Numbered from the stretch's first letter, positions 30,261 to 38,758 are shown. The stretch is 38,821 nucleotides of DNA from Vulcanimicrobiota bacterium (GCA_027315505.1 DAHUXY010000067.1:1-38821); one strand, 5' to 3'. Notes: generated from the letters alone by a model not told the origin. Program-made: numbers and translations.

Positions 30261-32617
30261 TCGCGGATGACCGCCCCCAGCTCGTCGCGCAGAGCGGCAA
30301 GTGCTCGCGCGATTGCCGTATCGGCCTCTTCGTCCGTAATGGTGGCGTCGGTGCGTTGGAGTATCACGCGTACGGCGAGGCTCTTCATGCCGGGTGCGAT
30401 TTGCGCGCCGCGATATTCATCGAACACGCGCACGCTCGTCGCAAGCGCGCCGACCGCCCTCGCGATCGTCGTTTCGACGCGAACGGCGGGGGTTTGCGGG
30501 TCGAGGACGAGCGCCAGATCGCGATACGTCGAGGGAAATTTCGAGGGGACCCGGTACGCCGGAGCAACGTAATCGGGCAATCGATCGAGATAGATGTTGC
30601 AGAAATAGAGCGGTAGACGTGAGGCGTACGCGCGTTCCAAGCGGGGATCGATGCGCCCGATATTCGCAACCTCGCTGCCGTCGATCAGAAAAACCCCGGT
30701 TTTGCCGGGGTGCAAGCCGTTACGAACGTCGCGGGTGATGTCCGGAACGCGCCCGGTAACGCGACGGATCAGGGCTTGGCAATCGCCTTTGAGGCGCAGA
30801 AAATGGCTGTCCCGCCATGCGGGCTCGTTCGTGGGGTCGGCGGCGAATCCGAACGCGAGTACCGGCATCTCGCGGATCGTTCCGGCGTCGTCGGCGAAGA
30901 CGTGACCGATCTCGAAAATGCGCACCGGCTGGTCCAAGCGGGCGGCGTAGGCGACCAGCCCGGGCCCCAATGCGGAGCGCAGGTAGCGCTGATCCTCCGA
31001 GAGCGGGTTGCGCACCTCGACGGAGCGGTGGCTCGGCTCGATGCCGGCACGCCGCATTTTTTCGAACGGCGCCGATCCGTGCAGAGAATAGGTGAGCACT
31101 TCATGGTATCCGAGCGTCACCAGGGCGTCGGCAACGCGCTCTTCCAGATCGAACTCCGTGCTGGGGATCTCGTGCGCGGGGATCGACGGGACGATGGGCT
31201 CGATGTTTTCGTAGCCCTCCATCCTCGCGACTTCTTCCACCAAATCGGCGGCGATGGTGATATCGCGGCGCCAGGCCGGCGGAATGACGAACAACACGTC
31301 GCCTTCGATGCGGACGGTGCATCCGAGCGCGACGACATGCGAAGCGATGCGACCGGCGTCCAGCCGCAGGCCGAGGATGCGCTCGACGTCGCGCGGTGCC
31401 AGCGCTATCGACGGGTTGGATACGAGCGGTGCCCCGAAAGCGTGCGGCGCGCCGGCGCTGGCGCCCAGCGCGAGCAACAATTGCGCGGCGCGGGCCGCGC
31501 CGGCGTCGGCAAGCGCGGGGGCGAGCGTCTTTTCGTGTCGCGACGAGGCCTCGCTGCGAAAGCCCAAGTGCATGCTCATTCGCCGAACGCGTACGCCTGC
31601 GAAGTTGGCGCTTTCGAGTACGATGGCGTGCGTCTGCGCCCGGACTTCGCTGGATTTGCCGCCCATCAACCCCGCCAAACCCAGCGGCCCGTTTGCATCG
31701 GCGATCACCAAGGCCTGCGGCGTGAGTTCGTGTTCGGCGTCGTCGAGCGTTACGAGTTTTTCACCGGCTCGCGCGTCGCGGACGAACAAATGCATGCCGG
31801 CGATTTCGCCGGCATCGTAAAAGTGCAGCGGTTGCGCGGTTTCGAGCATCACGTAATTGGACACGTCGACCAGGTTATTGATCGGTCGCTGTCCGGCGAG
31901 CGCGAGACGAATGCGCATCCACGCGGGAGCCGGAGCAACGCTCACCCCGGTAAAGGCCTGGGCGACGAAGCGCTCGCAATCCGGCGTTTCGATCGTCACG
32001 CGCGGCGCCGGTAATTGGTCGCCGGCTTGTCCGGGGTTTTCGAACGAGGGCAGCCGCAGGGGCACGCCGTACGACGCGGCGAGTTCGCGCGCGAGGCCGA
32101 TCATCGACATCGCATCGACCCGGTTGCTGGTGACTTCGACTTCGAGCACGTCGTCGGCTAAGCCGAACAACGCGACGACGTCGGCGCCGACGGGCGCGCT
32201 TGCATCCAGTTGCATGATGCCGTCTTCGAACCACTCTGCCGGGAGCCCGAGCTCGTCCGCCGAGCAGAGCATGCCTTCCGAATCGATGCCACGCATCTTG
32301 CGCGGCTCGATCTTCATGTGCGGCAACTGCGCGCCGATCGTGGCGACCGGAATCACCTGCCCGGCGGCAACGTTCGTCGCGGCGGTGGCGATGGTCAGCG
32401 GCCGCTGCGCGCCGACGTCGATCGTGCAGACTTGCAGGCGGTCGGCGTTAGGATGCTTCGCGATCGCGGTAATGGTGCCGATGACGACGCCGGAGATCGT
32501 CGGCCGCGCGAAAATCTCGTCAACGGGAAACCCCAGCATCGCCAAACGATCCGCAATCGCTTGGGCATCGGAGGGCAGGTCGACATACTCACGTAGCCAG
32601 GTGATTGGAACGCGCAT
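30257..32617 (-). CDS. pheT: phenylalanine--tRNA ligase beta subunit
   Basis: 786-aa ORF starting MRVPITWLREYVDLP, with a tRNA-binding domain (KHPNADRLQVCTIDVG), B3/4 and B5 regions, and the C-terminal FDEYRG anticodon-binding motif. Confidence 0.97.
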   Translation of the reverse strand: MRVPITWLREYVDLPSDAQAIADRLAMLGFPVDEIFARPTISGVVIGTITAIAKHPNADRLQVCTIDVGAQRPLTIATAATNVAAGQVIPVATIGAQLPHMKIEPRKMRGIDSEGMLCSADELGLPAEWFEDGIMQLDASAPVGADVVALFGLADDVLEVEVTSNRVDAMSMIGLARELAASYGVPLRLPSFENPGQAGDQLPAPRVTIETPDCERFVAQAFTGVSVAPAPAWMRIRLALAGQRPINNLVDVSNYVMLETAQPLHFYDAGEIAGMHLFVRDARAGEKLVTLDDAEHELTPQALVIADANGPLGLAGLMGGKSSEVRAQTHAIVLESANFAGVRVRRMSMHLGFRSEASSRHEKTLAPALADAGAARAAQLLLALGASAGAPHAFGAPLVSNPSIALAPRDVERILGLRLDAGRIASHVVALGCTVRIEGDVLFVIPPAWRRDITIAADLVEEVARMEGYENIEPIVPSIPAHEIPSTEFDLEERVADALVTLGYHEVLTYSLHGSAPFEKMRRAGIEPSHRSVEVRNPLSEDQRYLRSALGPGLVAYAARLDQPVRIFEIGHVFADDAGTIREMPVLAFGFAADPTNEPAWRDSHFLRLKGDCQALIRRVTGRVPDITRDVRNGLHPGKTGVFLIDGSEVANIGRIDPRLERAYASRLPLYFCNIYLDRLPDYVAPAYRVPSKFPSTYRDLALVLDPQTPAVRVETTIARAVGALATSVRVFDEYRGAQIAPGMKSLAVRVILQRTDATITDEEADTAIARALAALRDELGAVIRE

Positions 32618-32624
32618 ACTATCC

Positions 32625-33659
32625 TTATGAGAGTTGTTCGAGAAAATCGGGATCGCTATCGATGAAGCGACGGATATCGTCGATCTCGAAGCGCGTTAGG
32701 GCAAAGCGTTCGACGCCGAAGCCGAAGGCCCAACCCGAGACTTCGTCCGGATCGTAGCCGACCTCGCGCAGGACGTTGGGGTGGACCATCCCGGCGCCCC
32801 CGAGTTCGATCCACCCGGAGCCGCCGCACATGTTGCAAGCATCGGAGTGCCCCTTGCATTTCGGGCACGTCGTATCGACCTCGGCGCTGGGTTCGGTGAA
32901 CGGAAAGAACGAGGGCCGGAAGCGCACGCGCTGATCGGGCCCGAGTAATTCACGGCAGAGGCCGGTGAGCATGCCTTTGAGGTGGCCGAAATGGATGCCT
33001 TCGGCGACGAGCAGCCCTTCGATTTGATTGAACTGAAAGAGATGGCGCGCGTCGACCGCGTCGCGGCGATAGCACTTGCCCGGGGCGACGATGGCGACCG
33101 GCGGCTTGTGCGCCTGCATCGTGCGAATCTGCATGGGCGAGGTGTGCGGCCGCAGCAGCAGCGTGTCGGTGATGAAGAACGAGTCGAAGCCTTCACGCGC
33201 GGGATGCGTACTCGGAATGTTCAGCGCGTCGAACGTGTAGTAGTCGGGTTCGATCTCGGGCCCGGTAACGATCGCGAAGCCGTGGCGGCGAAAGTATGCG
33301 CCGGCTTGGCGGATGACGTTGCGCACCGGGTGCAGCGAGCCGGCCACCGGAGCGATCGCCGGAAAGGTGATATCGATCTGCGTCGCAAGATCGGCTTCAA
33401 AAACGCGATTCTCGATGCGGCTCTGCGCGATCGCGAGTTCGCCTTCCATGGCCTCGACCACGTCGTTGATTTCCTTGCCCGCACCGGGGCGCTCGCCCGG
33501 CGGTAACTGCCCGATGCCGCGGCGGAGGCCCGTCACCTCGCCGCTACGGCCGAGAAAGGCGACGCGCACGCCGTCTAGAGCCTCCTCATCGGGAGCCGCA
33601 TTGACGTCGGTGCTAAAACGGGTTCGAAGGTCGGCGAGTTTGGCTGCGAGTTCACTCAT
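32625..33659 (-). CDS. pheS: phenylalanine--tRNA ligase alpha subunit
   Basis: 344-aa ORF with class-II aaRS motifs (HPVRNV, FFPFTEPSAEVD, GFGVERFAL). It lies 7 nt upstream of pheT. Confidence 0.97.
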   Translation of the reverse strand: MSELAAKLADLRTRFSTDVNAAPDEEALDGVRVAFLGRSGEVTGLRRGIGQLPPGERPGAGKEINDVVEAMEGELAIAQSRIENRVFEADLATQIDITFPAIAPVAGSLHPVRNVIRQAGAYFRRHGFAIVTGPEIEPDYYTFDALNIPSTHPAREGFDSFFITDTLLLRPHTSPMQIRTMQAHKPPVAIVAPGKCYRRDAVDARHLFQFNQIEGLLVAEGIHFGHLKGMLTGLCRELLGPDQRVRFRPSFFPFTEPSAEVDTTCPKCKGHSDACNMCGGSGWIELGGAGMVHPNVLREVGYDPDEVSGWAFGFGVERFALTRFEIDDIRRFIDSDPDFLEQLS

Positions 33660-33680
33660 GCGCGCTGATCATCGGCTCCA

Positions 33681-33726
33681 GAGAAAAGGCAAAGCGCCCG
33701 GTCTGTAATCACTATACCGGGCGCTT
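33681..33726 (-). terminator. intrinsic terminator/attenuator hairpin inside the pheS leader
   Basis: On the minus strand, the 11-bp perfect stem AAGCGCCCGGT / ACCGGGCGCTT (33716..33726 with 33692..33702) has a 13-nt loop and is followed by TGCCTTTTCTC. It ends about 20 nt before the pheS ATG, so it must be read through for pheST expression. Confidence 0.65.
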
Positions 33727-34020
33727 CGTGAAACTGGCTACGGACTTCTTCGTAATTAGGATGGTGAGGCGGGATACATCCGCCGGTACGCGAGGTAGGC
33801 ACTAACTGAGCCCGTTTGGGCGAAGAGTTTCCAGAAGAGTTCGGAGGGTGCCATAACAGCGCTTCTATCTCCTATCTAGCCAGGTGTCCGGCGTCGAGTC
33901 GCTCGGAATGCCGTAACTATAACATGCGACTTTGGCCGACGGTAGTCTTGACTTTTCGGCCCGATAGGGCTGCCTTGACAGCCGGAGCAAAGAGGGTTTT
34001 TTGCCGAAGCAGGCAGGCCG

Positions 34021-34797
34021 CTACTCGGTGGTGAGGCTTGCCGCATAGAGGGCGATCGAGCCCGCTACGGCGGCATTGAGGCTCTCGCCGGAGCCGCGCA
34101 TCTGAATCGCCAGCCGGCGGTCGCAGACGTCTTCCCAGGCCCCCAATCCGCGGCGTTCGTGGCCCACCACCAGGCCGGCCCGGGCCGGAAAGTGCTGGTG
34201 CTGCAGCGGCTCACCGCTCGCGTCCAAACCCCACAGGACCGCCCCTGCCGCTCGCGCGGCGGCGGAGACTTCCGCGGTCTCGGCCACGCAGAGCGGTAAT
34301 CGAAACGTGGCTCCCATCGAGCCGCGTACCACCTTGGGATGGTGAGGATCGACCCCGAACCGCCCGAAGACGGCCGCGGTCGCGCCGAACGCCTCGGCCG
34401 AGCGCAGGAGCGTCCCGGCATTTCCGGGGTCGTTCAAATCGGCCAGGATCAGGACGAGGCCCGGCGCCTCGAAGAGGCCTTGCGCCGGGGCCAGGAGGAT
34501 CGGCGCGACCGCCACGATGCCGGTGGGCGTCTGCAGGTCGGAGATTTTCGCCGCGGTACGCTCGTCGACCAAGTAGATTTGCGTGCCGTCGCGCTCGAGC
34601 GCGCCGATCGCGGGGGAGGCCTCGTAGCTGGCCTCGGTCGCGTAGATGGATTCGACGGCGACGCCGCCGCGCAGCGCTTCGTCCAGCAACGTCGCGCCTT
34701 CGAAGGCAAATCGTTGCTGCTCGCGCCGGCCGCGAACGGTCAAGAGATCGCGCACTTCGCCGATGCGCTCGGCGTGCGCGCCCAGCCGAGACGGCAT
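34021..34797 (-). CDS. TrmH/SpoU-family RNA 2'-O-methyltransferase (RlmB/YsgA-like)
   Basis: 258-aa ORF with SpoU motifs (DPGNAGTLLRSAEAFG, LVVGHERRGL, GESLNAAVAGSIALY) and an N-terminal substrate-binding domain. Confidence 0.88.
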   Translation of the reverse strand: MPSRLGAHAERIGEVRDLLTVRGRREQQRFAFEGATLLDEALRGGVAVESIYATEASYEASPAIGALERDGTQIYLVDERTAAKISDLQTPTGIVAVAPILLAPAQGLFEAPGLVLILADLNDPGNAGTLLRSAEAFGATAAVFGRFGVDPHHPKVVRGSMGATFRLPLCVAETAEVSAAARAAGAVLWGLDASGEPLQHQHFPARAGLVVGHERRGLGAWEDVCDRRLAIQMRGSGESLNAAVAGSIALYAASLTTE

Positions 34798-34997
34798 TAC
34801 CGGCGGCTACCGCGCGCGCTCCACTTGCGCGCGTACATCATCGCAAGCCCGGCGATGATCGCCGAGAGCACGATCGCGACCTTATCGTTGAAGTGATGCG
34901 GTACGACGAAAATGTTGAAAGCGTAGACGCAGATCACGAAGATCGCGAAGAAGAAGGCGAGCCAGGCGATTTCGGTGAGAATCGATGAACGTTGCAC
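34797..34997 (-). CDS. hypothetical small membrane protein (2 TM segments)
   Basis: 66-aa ORF with two hydrophobic helices and a basic tail. Its TAA overlaps the trmH-family ATG (TAATG-type junction at 34795..34799), which suggests real translation. Confidence 0.55.
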   Translation of the reverse strand: MQRSSILTEIAWLAFFFAIFVICVYAFNIFVVPHHFNDKVAIVLSAIIAGLAMMYARKWSARGSRR

Positions 34998-35050
34998 GAC
35001 GAAGCCTATAGTACGAGGCGCGGGACGGGGGTTCCGTCAAAGACCGCCCC

Positions 35051-35614
35051 ATGCACGAACAGCTTCCGCGCCGCCTCGCCTCCGATCGGCTCTTCGAGGG
35101 CCGCGTCATTGCGGTCCGCGCGGACCGGCTACTCTACCCGGACGGTACCGAACACACCGTCGAGGTGGTCGAGCATCGCGGGGCCTATGGGATCATCGCC
35201 ACGACCGAACGCGACGAGATCGTGCTGGTTCGACAGTATCGCGGGCCGGCCGGGCGCGCGCTCTGGGAGATCCCGGCCGGGACCGCGGAGCCGAACGAGG
35301 ATCCGTTGGACGGAGCGGCTCGCGAACTGCGCGAGGAGACGGGGTATCGCGCCGCTAGCATGCGAGCGCTTGGGGCGCTCTTCACCACGCCCGGGTTCTG
35401 CGACGAACTGATGTACTTTTTTCACGCCGAGCGACTGCAGCGGGGCGCTCAGTCGCTGGACGACGACGAGCGAATCGAGGTCGGGCAATTTACGCTCGAA
35501 GAGGCCCGCCGCATGGCACTCCAAGGAGCTATTGCGGATGCCAAAACGGTGCTGGCGCTCCTTTGGCTGCAGGGTGACCGCAATCAACTTGCGCCGTCAA
35601 CGGTCGATATATAG
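35051..35614 (+). CDS. Nudix hydrolase (ADP-ribose pyrophosphatase-like)
   Basis: 187-aa ORF with the Nudix box GTAEPNEDPLDGAARELREETGY (Gx5Ex7REUxEExGU). Confidence 0.88.
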   Translation: MHEQLPRRLASDRLFEGRVIAVRADRLLYPDGTEHTVEVVEHRGAYGIIATTERDEIVLVRQYRGPAGRALWEIPAGTAEPNEDPLDGAARELREETGYRAASMRALGALFTTPGFCDELMYFFHAERLQRGAQSLDDDERIEVGQFTLEEARRMALQGAIADAKTVLALLWLQGDRNQLAPSTVDI

Positions 35615-35685
35615 GGTACGGGTGAGCCCAAAGTCCGCGATGCAAGCTATGCATCGCGGAGATATTGGCTACGACGGAGGACGCC

Positions 35686-35967
35686 GTGGAACTACCTCGC
35701 GATATCGATGCCGTGCTCAAGCGATTGCTGGATTCGCCGGATCCGGAAGCGCGCGCGCAAGGATCGCAACTAACTGCTGAAGACGAGTCGTATCTTGCTT
35801 CGCTCGTGTGTGCCGTTCGCGCGGGACGGCGCGCCGTGCTCATCGTCGAAGATGCGGACGAGCGACTACGCTATATGTTCAGCAACGCTACGCGCGCCGA
35901 CGCCGTAACGATGCTCGGAAAAGTCGTTGAGGCTACCGGACGCCGCCTCGTCGACGGCGACGACTAG
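35686..35967 (+). CDS. hypothetical protein (acidic, about 93 aa)
   Basis: The GTG at 35686 lies 4 nt after GGAGGA (35676..35681). The track ORF starts at a TTG at 35665. No recognisable motif was found, though third codon positions are G+C-rich. Confidence 0.5.
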   Translation: MELPRDIDAVLKRLLDSPDPEARAQGSQLTAEDESYLASLVCAVRAGRRAVLIVEDADERLRYMFSNATRADAVTMLGKVVEATGRRLVDGDD

Positions 35968-37361
35968 GGAACCAGTTGTAATCCGTCCACTTTTCCGTCC
36001 TTGGCGACGGTAAAACGGAAGTGGAACGTATCCTTCGGGTACCGCACCAAAAACTCGTACATGGTATCGCCGTTCCCGCGATCGACGCTCGACACGGGTA
36101 TCAACGCGAGGATTTTCCCGTATTGCGCGAAGTTCGATCGCGCGACCAAATCGTCGGTGAGGTAGTTGCTGAACGACGCGGTGAGTTGCGTGCGATCGAT
36201 GCGATTGCTCGCCAGCCGCTCCAGCCATTCGCGAGCCCGCGTGACGATGGCGTTGTCGAGGTGCGCGACCGACGGCGGCGCGAGAATATCCAAGATCCGC
36301 GATGCAAGCGCCTCCGGCTGGACCATGTTGCCGCTCGCGTGCATATCCACGTTGGCCAGGACGATGACCGCGATGTGGTCGTCGGGCAATACCGCGTTCA
36401 TGGCATGGTAGCCGGGGATCTGCCCGTTGTCCCACATGAACCGTTTACCGTCGCGTTCGTCGATGACGGAACCCATGCCGTAACGTATTTCGCCCTTCGC
36501 GCCGCTCGGCGTGTACATATCGCGAACGGCGTCGTCGCGCAATAAGACCGGCATCTCGATATCCCATTTTGCCAAATCGTAGACGGTCGTCACGATTCCC
36601 GCCGCGCCGAACAGCCAGCTTGCATCGTAGGGCCGCGCCGGAAACACACCCTTCGGCGATCCCGTGTACCCCACCGCCGCGCGCGGCGAAATGCCGGTAT
36701 CTCCCGCGTAGAATGTCGAGTTCATCACCAGCGGCAGAAAGATGTGCTGCTGCAAGTAGTCGGAGAGCGGCACGCCGCTCGCCCGTTCCACCACCAGGCC
36801 CGCGATCATGTAATTCAAGCTGTTATCTTCGTACGTGGCGCCGGGCGGCGAGGTGAGTTGCCGCTTGTTCATGGCGGCGATGATATCGCCGAGTTTAACG
36901 ACGCGGCTGCGATCCTGATTGAGACCGGCGAGCTTGGCGATGCGAGGAAAACCCGACGTTTGCTGGAGAAGCTGACCGATGGTTACGTCTTTGGCAAGCG
37001 TGAGTTCCGGAACGTACTTCGTTACTTTATCGTCGAGCTTGAGCTTACCGTCCTGTTGCAGCAGAAGCACCGCGGCGGCCGTAAATTGCGCGCTTGCCGC
37101 GCCGATGTACGTTTGCGTCGAAGGCGTGAAGGCGATGTGCTTGGCGAGATTCGCATAGCCGAAGCCGCGAGCGTACACGACGCGGCCGTCCTCGACGATG
37201 CCGATGCCGATGCCGACCGCGTGATGCGCGCGCACGTCACGCTCCACGAGTTGTACGACGGCGCGGGCCATCGCCGGTGTGAACGTATGCGGTGGGTTGA
37301 TCGGCGCCACCGGGGTCGTCGCCGCCACCAGGGCAGCCAAGGCAAGGGCCGGATGCATCAT
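35964..37361 (-). CDS. secreted beta-lactamase/transpeptidase-fold (serine-hydrolase family) protein lacking the catalytic motifs, with an extra C-terminal domain
   Basis: 465-aa ORF with an N-terminal signal-like sequence (MMHPALALAALVAATTPVA). Family-typical sequence surrounds the motifs (VEDGRVVYARGFGYANL, FTAAAVLLLQQDGKLKLDDKVTKYVPE, LLQQTSG), but SxxK reads AASA, YxN reads DNS and the K/H-T/S-G position reads DNG. Confidence 0.8.
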   Translation of the reverse strand: MMHPALALAALVAATTPVAPINPPHTFTPAMARAVVQLVERDVRAHHAVGIGIGIVEDGRVVYARGFGYANLAKHIAFTPSTQTYIGAASAQFTAAAVLLLQQDGKLKLDDKVTKYVPELTLAKDVTIGQLLQQTSGFPRIAKLAGLNQDRSRVVKLGDIIAAMNKRQLTSPPGATYEDNSLNYMIAGLVVERASGVPLSDYLQQHIFLPLVMNSTFYAGDTGISPRAAVGYTGSPKGVFPARPYDASWLFGAAGIVTTVYDLAKWDIEMPVLLRDDAVRDMYTPSGAKGEIRYGMGSVIDERDGKRFMWDNGQIPGYHAMNAVLPDDHIAVIVLANVDMHASGNMVQPEALASRILDILAPPSVAHLDNAIVTRAREWLERLASNRIDRTQLTASFSNYLTDDLVARSNFAQYGKILALIPVSSVDRGNGDTMYEFLVRYPKDTFHFRFTVAKDGKVDGLQLVP

Positions 37362-37376
37362 GCCCTTGCTGTTGGC

Positions 37377-38009
37377 TCAAAAGGCCAGTTTTGCCTCGGC
37401 CACAACGCGATCTCCGTCCGCCAGCGCCAAGCGCTCCATCCGGTGGCTTTCGGGCAGATAGATCATCGCCAGGTCGCCGCGCGGCTGCAGCGGGCCCAAC
37501 ACGCTCCGCTGCCCGTCGTGCATCCATACCAGGCGTAGCGGCCGGGCGGCGCCTCGCACGATCACGCCGTACCAGGAGCCGTCCTTCGCGTAGACGACCT
37601 TGGCGTCGGCGCCTCCGGTGAAGGCGACCATCCGGTGCGGGCCGGAGGCCATGCGGGCGAACAGGCCGGCATCGGCCAGCATCGCGCGATGCATCGTCTG
37701 CTCCCGTTGCAACAGAAAGGCTGCCGGGAGCAAGGCGATCGCCACGAGCGCCGCCATGGCGGCCAACTGTCGCAGGCTCCCGCCGCCCTTCTTGGGTGCC
37801 CAGAGGCCTGCGACGCGGGCGCCCAGCGACGCCGGGGCGGCGTATTGCGGCTGCGCCGATGCGGCGGCGGCAACGTCGTCGTACGCTCGCGCCAGGGCTT
37901 GCGCGCAGGCCTCGCATACGGCCACGTGCGCGTCGATGGCGCGGGTCTCCGGCGGTTCGAGGAGGCCGAGCGCGTAGAGCCCGACGGTTTCGCTCACGTG
38001 CTCGCTCAT
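37377..38009 (-). CDS. anti-sigma factor (N-terminal zinc-binding ZAS-type domain, single TM segment, RskA-like extracytoplasmic domain)
   Basis: 210-aa ORF with the HxxxCxxC motif (HVAVCEAC) near the N-terminus and a central hydrophobic segment (LAAMAALVAIALLPAAFLL). Its ATG overlaps the sigma-factor TGA (ATGA at 38006..38009). Confidence 0.8.
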   Translation of the reverse strand: MSEHVSETVGLYALGLLEPPETRAIDAHVAVCEACAQALARAYDDVAAAASAQPQYAAPASLGARVAGLWAPKKGGGSLRQLAAMAALVAIALLPAAFLLQREQTMHRAMLADAGLFARMASGPHRMVAFTGGADAKVVYAKDGSWYGVIVRGAARPLRLVWMHDGQRSVLGPLQPRGDLAMIYLPESHRMERLALADGDRVVAEAKLAF

Positions 38010-38548
38010 GATGGCGGTTGCAGCGCGGCGCCGAGCTTACGCAGTCCCATGGCGATGCGGCTTTTTACCGTGCCGAGCGGTTGATCGAGCGTCCTGGCGA
38101 TCTCGGTGTGCGAGAGTTGTTCGAAGTACGCGAGTTCGAGCGGGCGCCGCTGATCGGGCGGCAGTTTCGTCATCGCGGTGCGCAGGCGATCGTGCTCGAC
38201 CACGTCGATCACCCGCAATTCGTCGTGCTCTTCCGGCTCGGCCGCAACGCGTTCGAGCAGACGCAGGCGCCGTCGTTTCGAGCGTACGCGAGAGACGGCC
38301 TCGTTGCGTACGCAGACCACGAGAAAGCTGCGGATGGCGCCGCGCGCGCGTGTGTAGGCTCCCGGCGAGCGCCAGATGCGGGCGAGCGCGTCGTGCACGA
38401 CGTCCTCGGCGTCCTCGCCATTTCCGACCACGTGATAGGCGGTCGAATAGAGCAGCGAAGCATACCGCGCGTACGCTTCCTCAAAAGCCCAGCGCTCGTG
38501 GGCCGCAAAGGCGTCCGCGAGCGCCGAATCTTCGGCATGGGCCTGCAT
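38006..38548 (-). CDS. ECF-type RNA polymerase sigma factor (sigma-70 family, group 4)
   Basis: Met24 of the track ORF gives about 180 aa. Region 2 (DAEDVVHDALARIW) and the region 4 helix-turn-helix (LSHTEIARTLDQPLGTVKSRIAMGLRKL) are present. Confidence 0.88.
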   Translation of the reverse strand: MQAHAEDSALADAFAAHERWAFEEAYARYASLLYSTAYHVVGNGEDAEDVVHDALARIWRSPGAYTRARGAIRSFLVVCVRNEAVSRVRSKRRRLRLLERVAAEPEEHDELRVIDVVEHDRLRTAMTKLPPDQRRPLELAYFEQLSHTEIARTLDQPLGTVKSRIAMGLRKLGAALQPPS

Positions 38549-38705
38549 CGCCGGAAGGCTTCGACGGTGCAACCCAAACGCGCCTGGGAACCGCGGGAGA
38601 AGGCCGGCAGCGAACACGTCCCTGGAACGCTCGCCGCCATCCCCTTGGATGAGTCGGGGCTTCGAATGCCGCGCCGCGTGCCGCCCACGAAGGAATTCCG
38701 CGCAT

Positions 38706-38740
38706 AAAAACGGCGCGCTCGTGACGAACGCGCCGCTTTT
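38706..38740. terminator. bidirectional-looking intrinsic terminator (A-run, GC stem, T-run)
   Basis: AAAAA-CGGCGCG-(11-nt loop)-CGCGCCG-C-TTTT. On the minus strand it follows the partial gene ending at 38759 and would insulate the ECF sigma operon. Confidence 0.6.
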
Positions 38741-38758
38741 ATCGAGCGATGACGCCGG

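Noticed and set aside
33636-33680. 6-codon mini-ORF (ATG ATC AGC GCG CAT GAG TGA) whose stop overlaps the pheS ATG region, considered as a translational-coupling device
   Set aside because: GGAG lies only 3 nt from its ATG, which is too close. The ORF is too short to evaluate and could easily be chance.
33754-33795. T-box-like string AATTAGGATGGTGAGGCGGG...CCGGTACGCGAGG (compare the T-box consensus AAUUAGGGUGGUACCGCG, including a UGGU that would match the tRNA-Phe acceptor end)
   Set aside because: It is on the plus strand, antisense to the pheS leader. The Stem I region it would require would fall inside the pheS coding sequence, and no plus-strand gene lies downstream. I treat it as a coincidence, but a covariance-model scan of both strands would settle it.
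33756-33854. 32-codon uORF (MAPSELFWKLFAQ...) in the pheS leader, considered as a Phe leader peptide
   Set aside because: It has only two Phe codons, whereas classical pheM-type leaders have runs of them. The Shine-Dalgarno-like AGGAGA is 13 nt from the ATG. It is kept only as an alternative hypothesis within the leader finding, not as a feature.
33816-34034. 72-aa plus-strand ORF inside the trmH-pheS intergenic region
   Set aside because: It has a TTG start without a Shine-Dalgarno sequence and a Cys/Arg-rich, non-protein-like translation. It runs antisense to the pheS leader and into the trmH 3' end.
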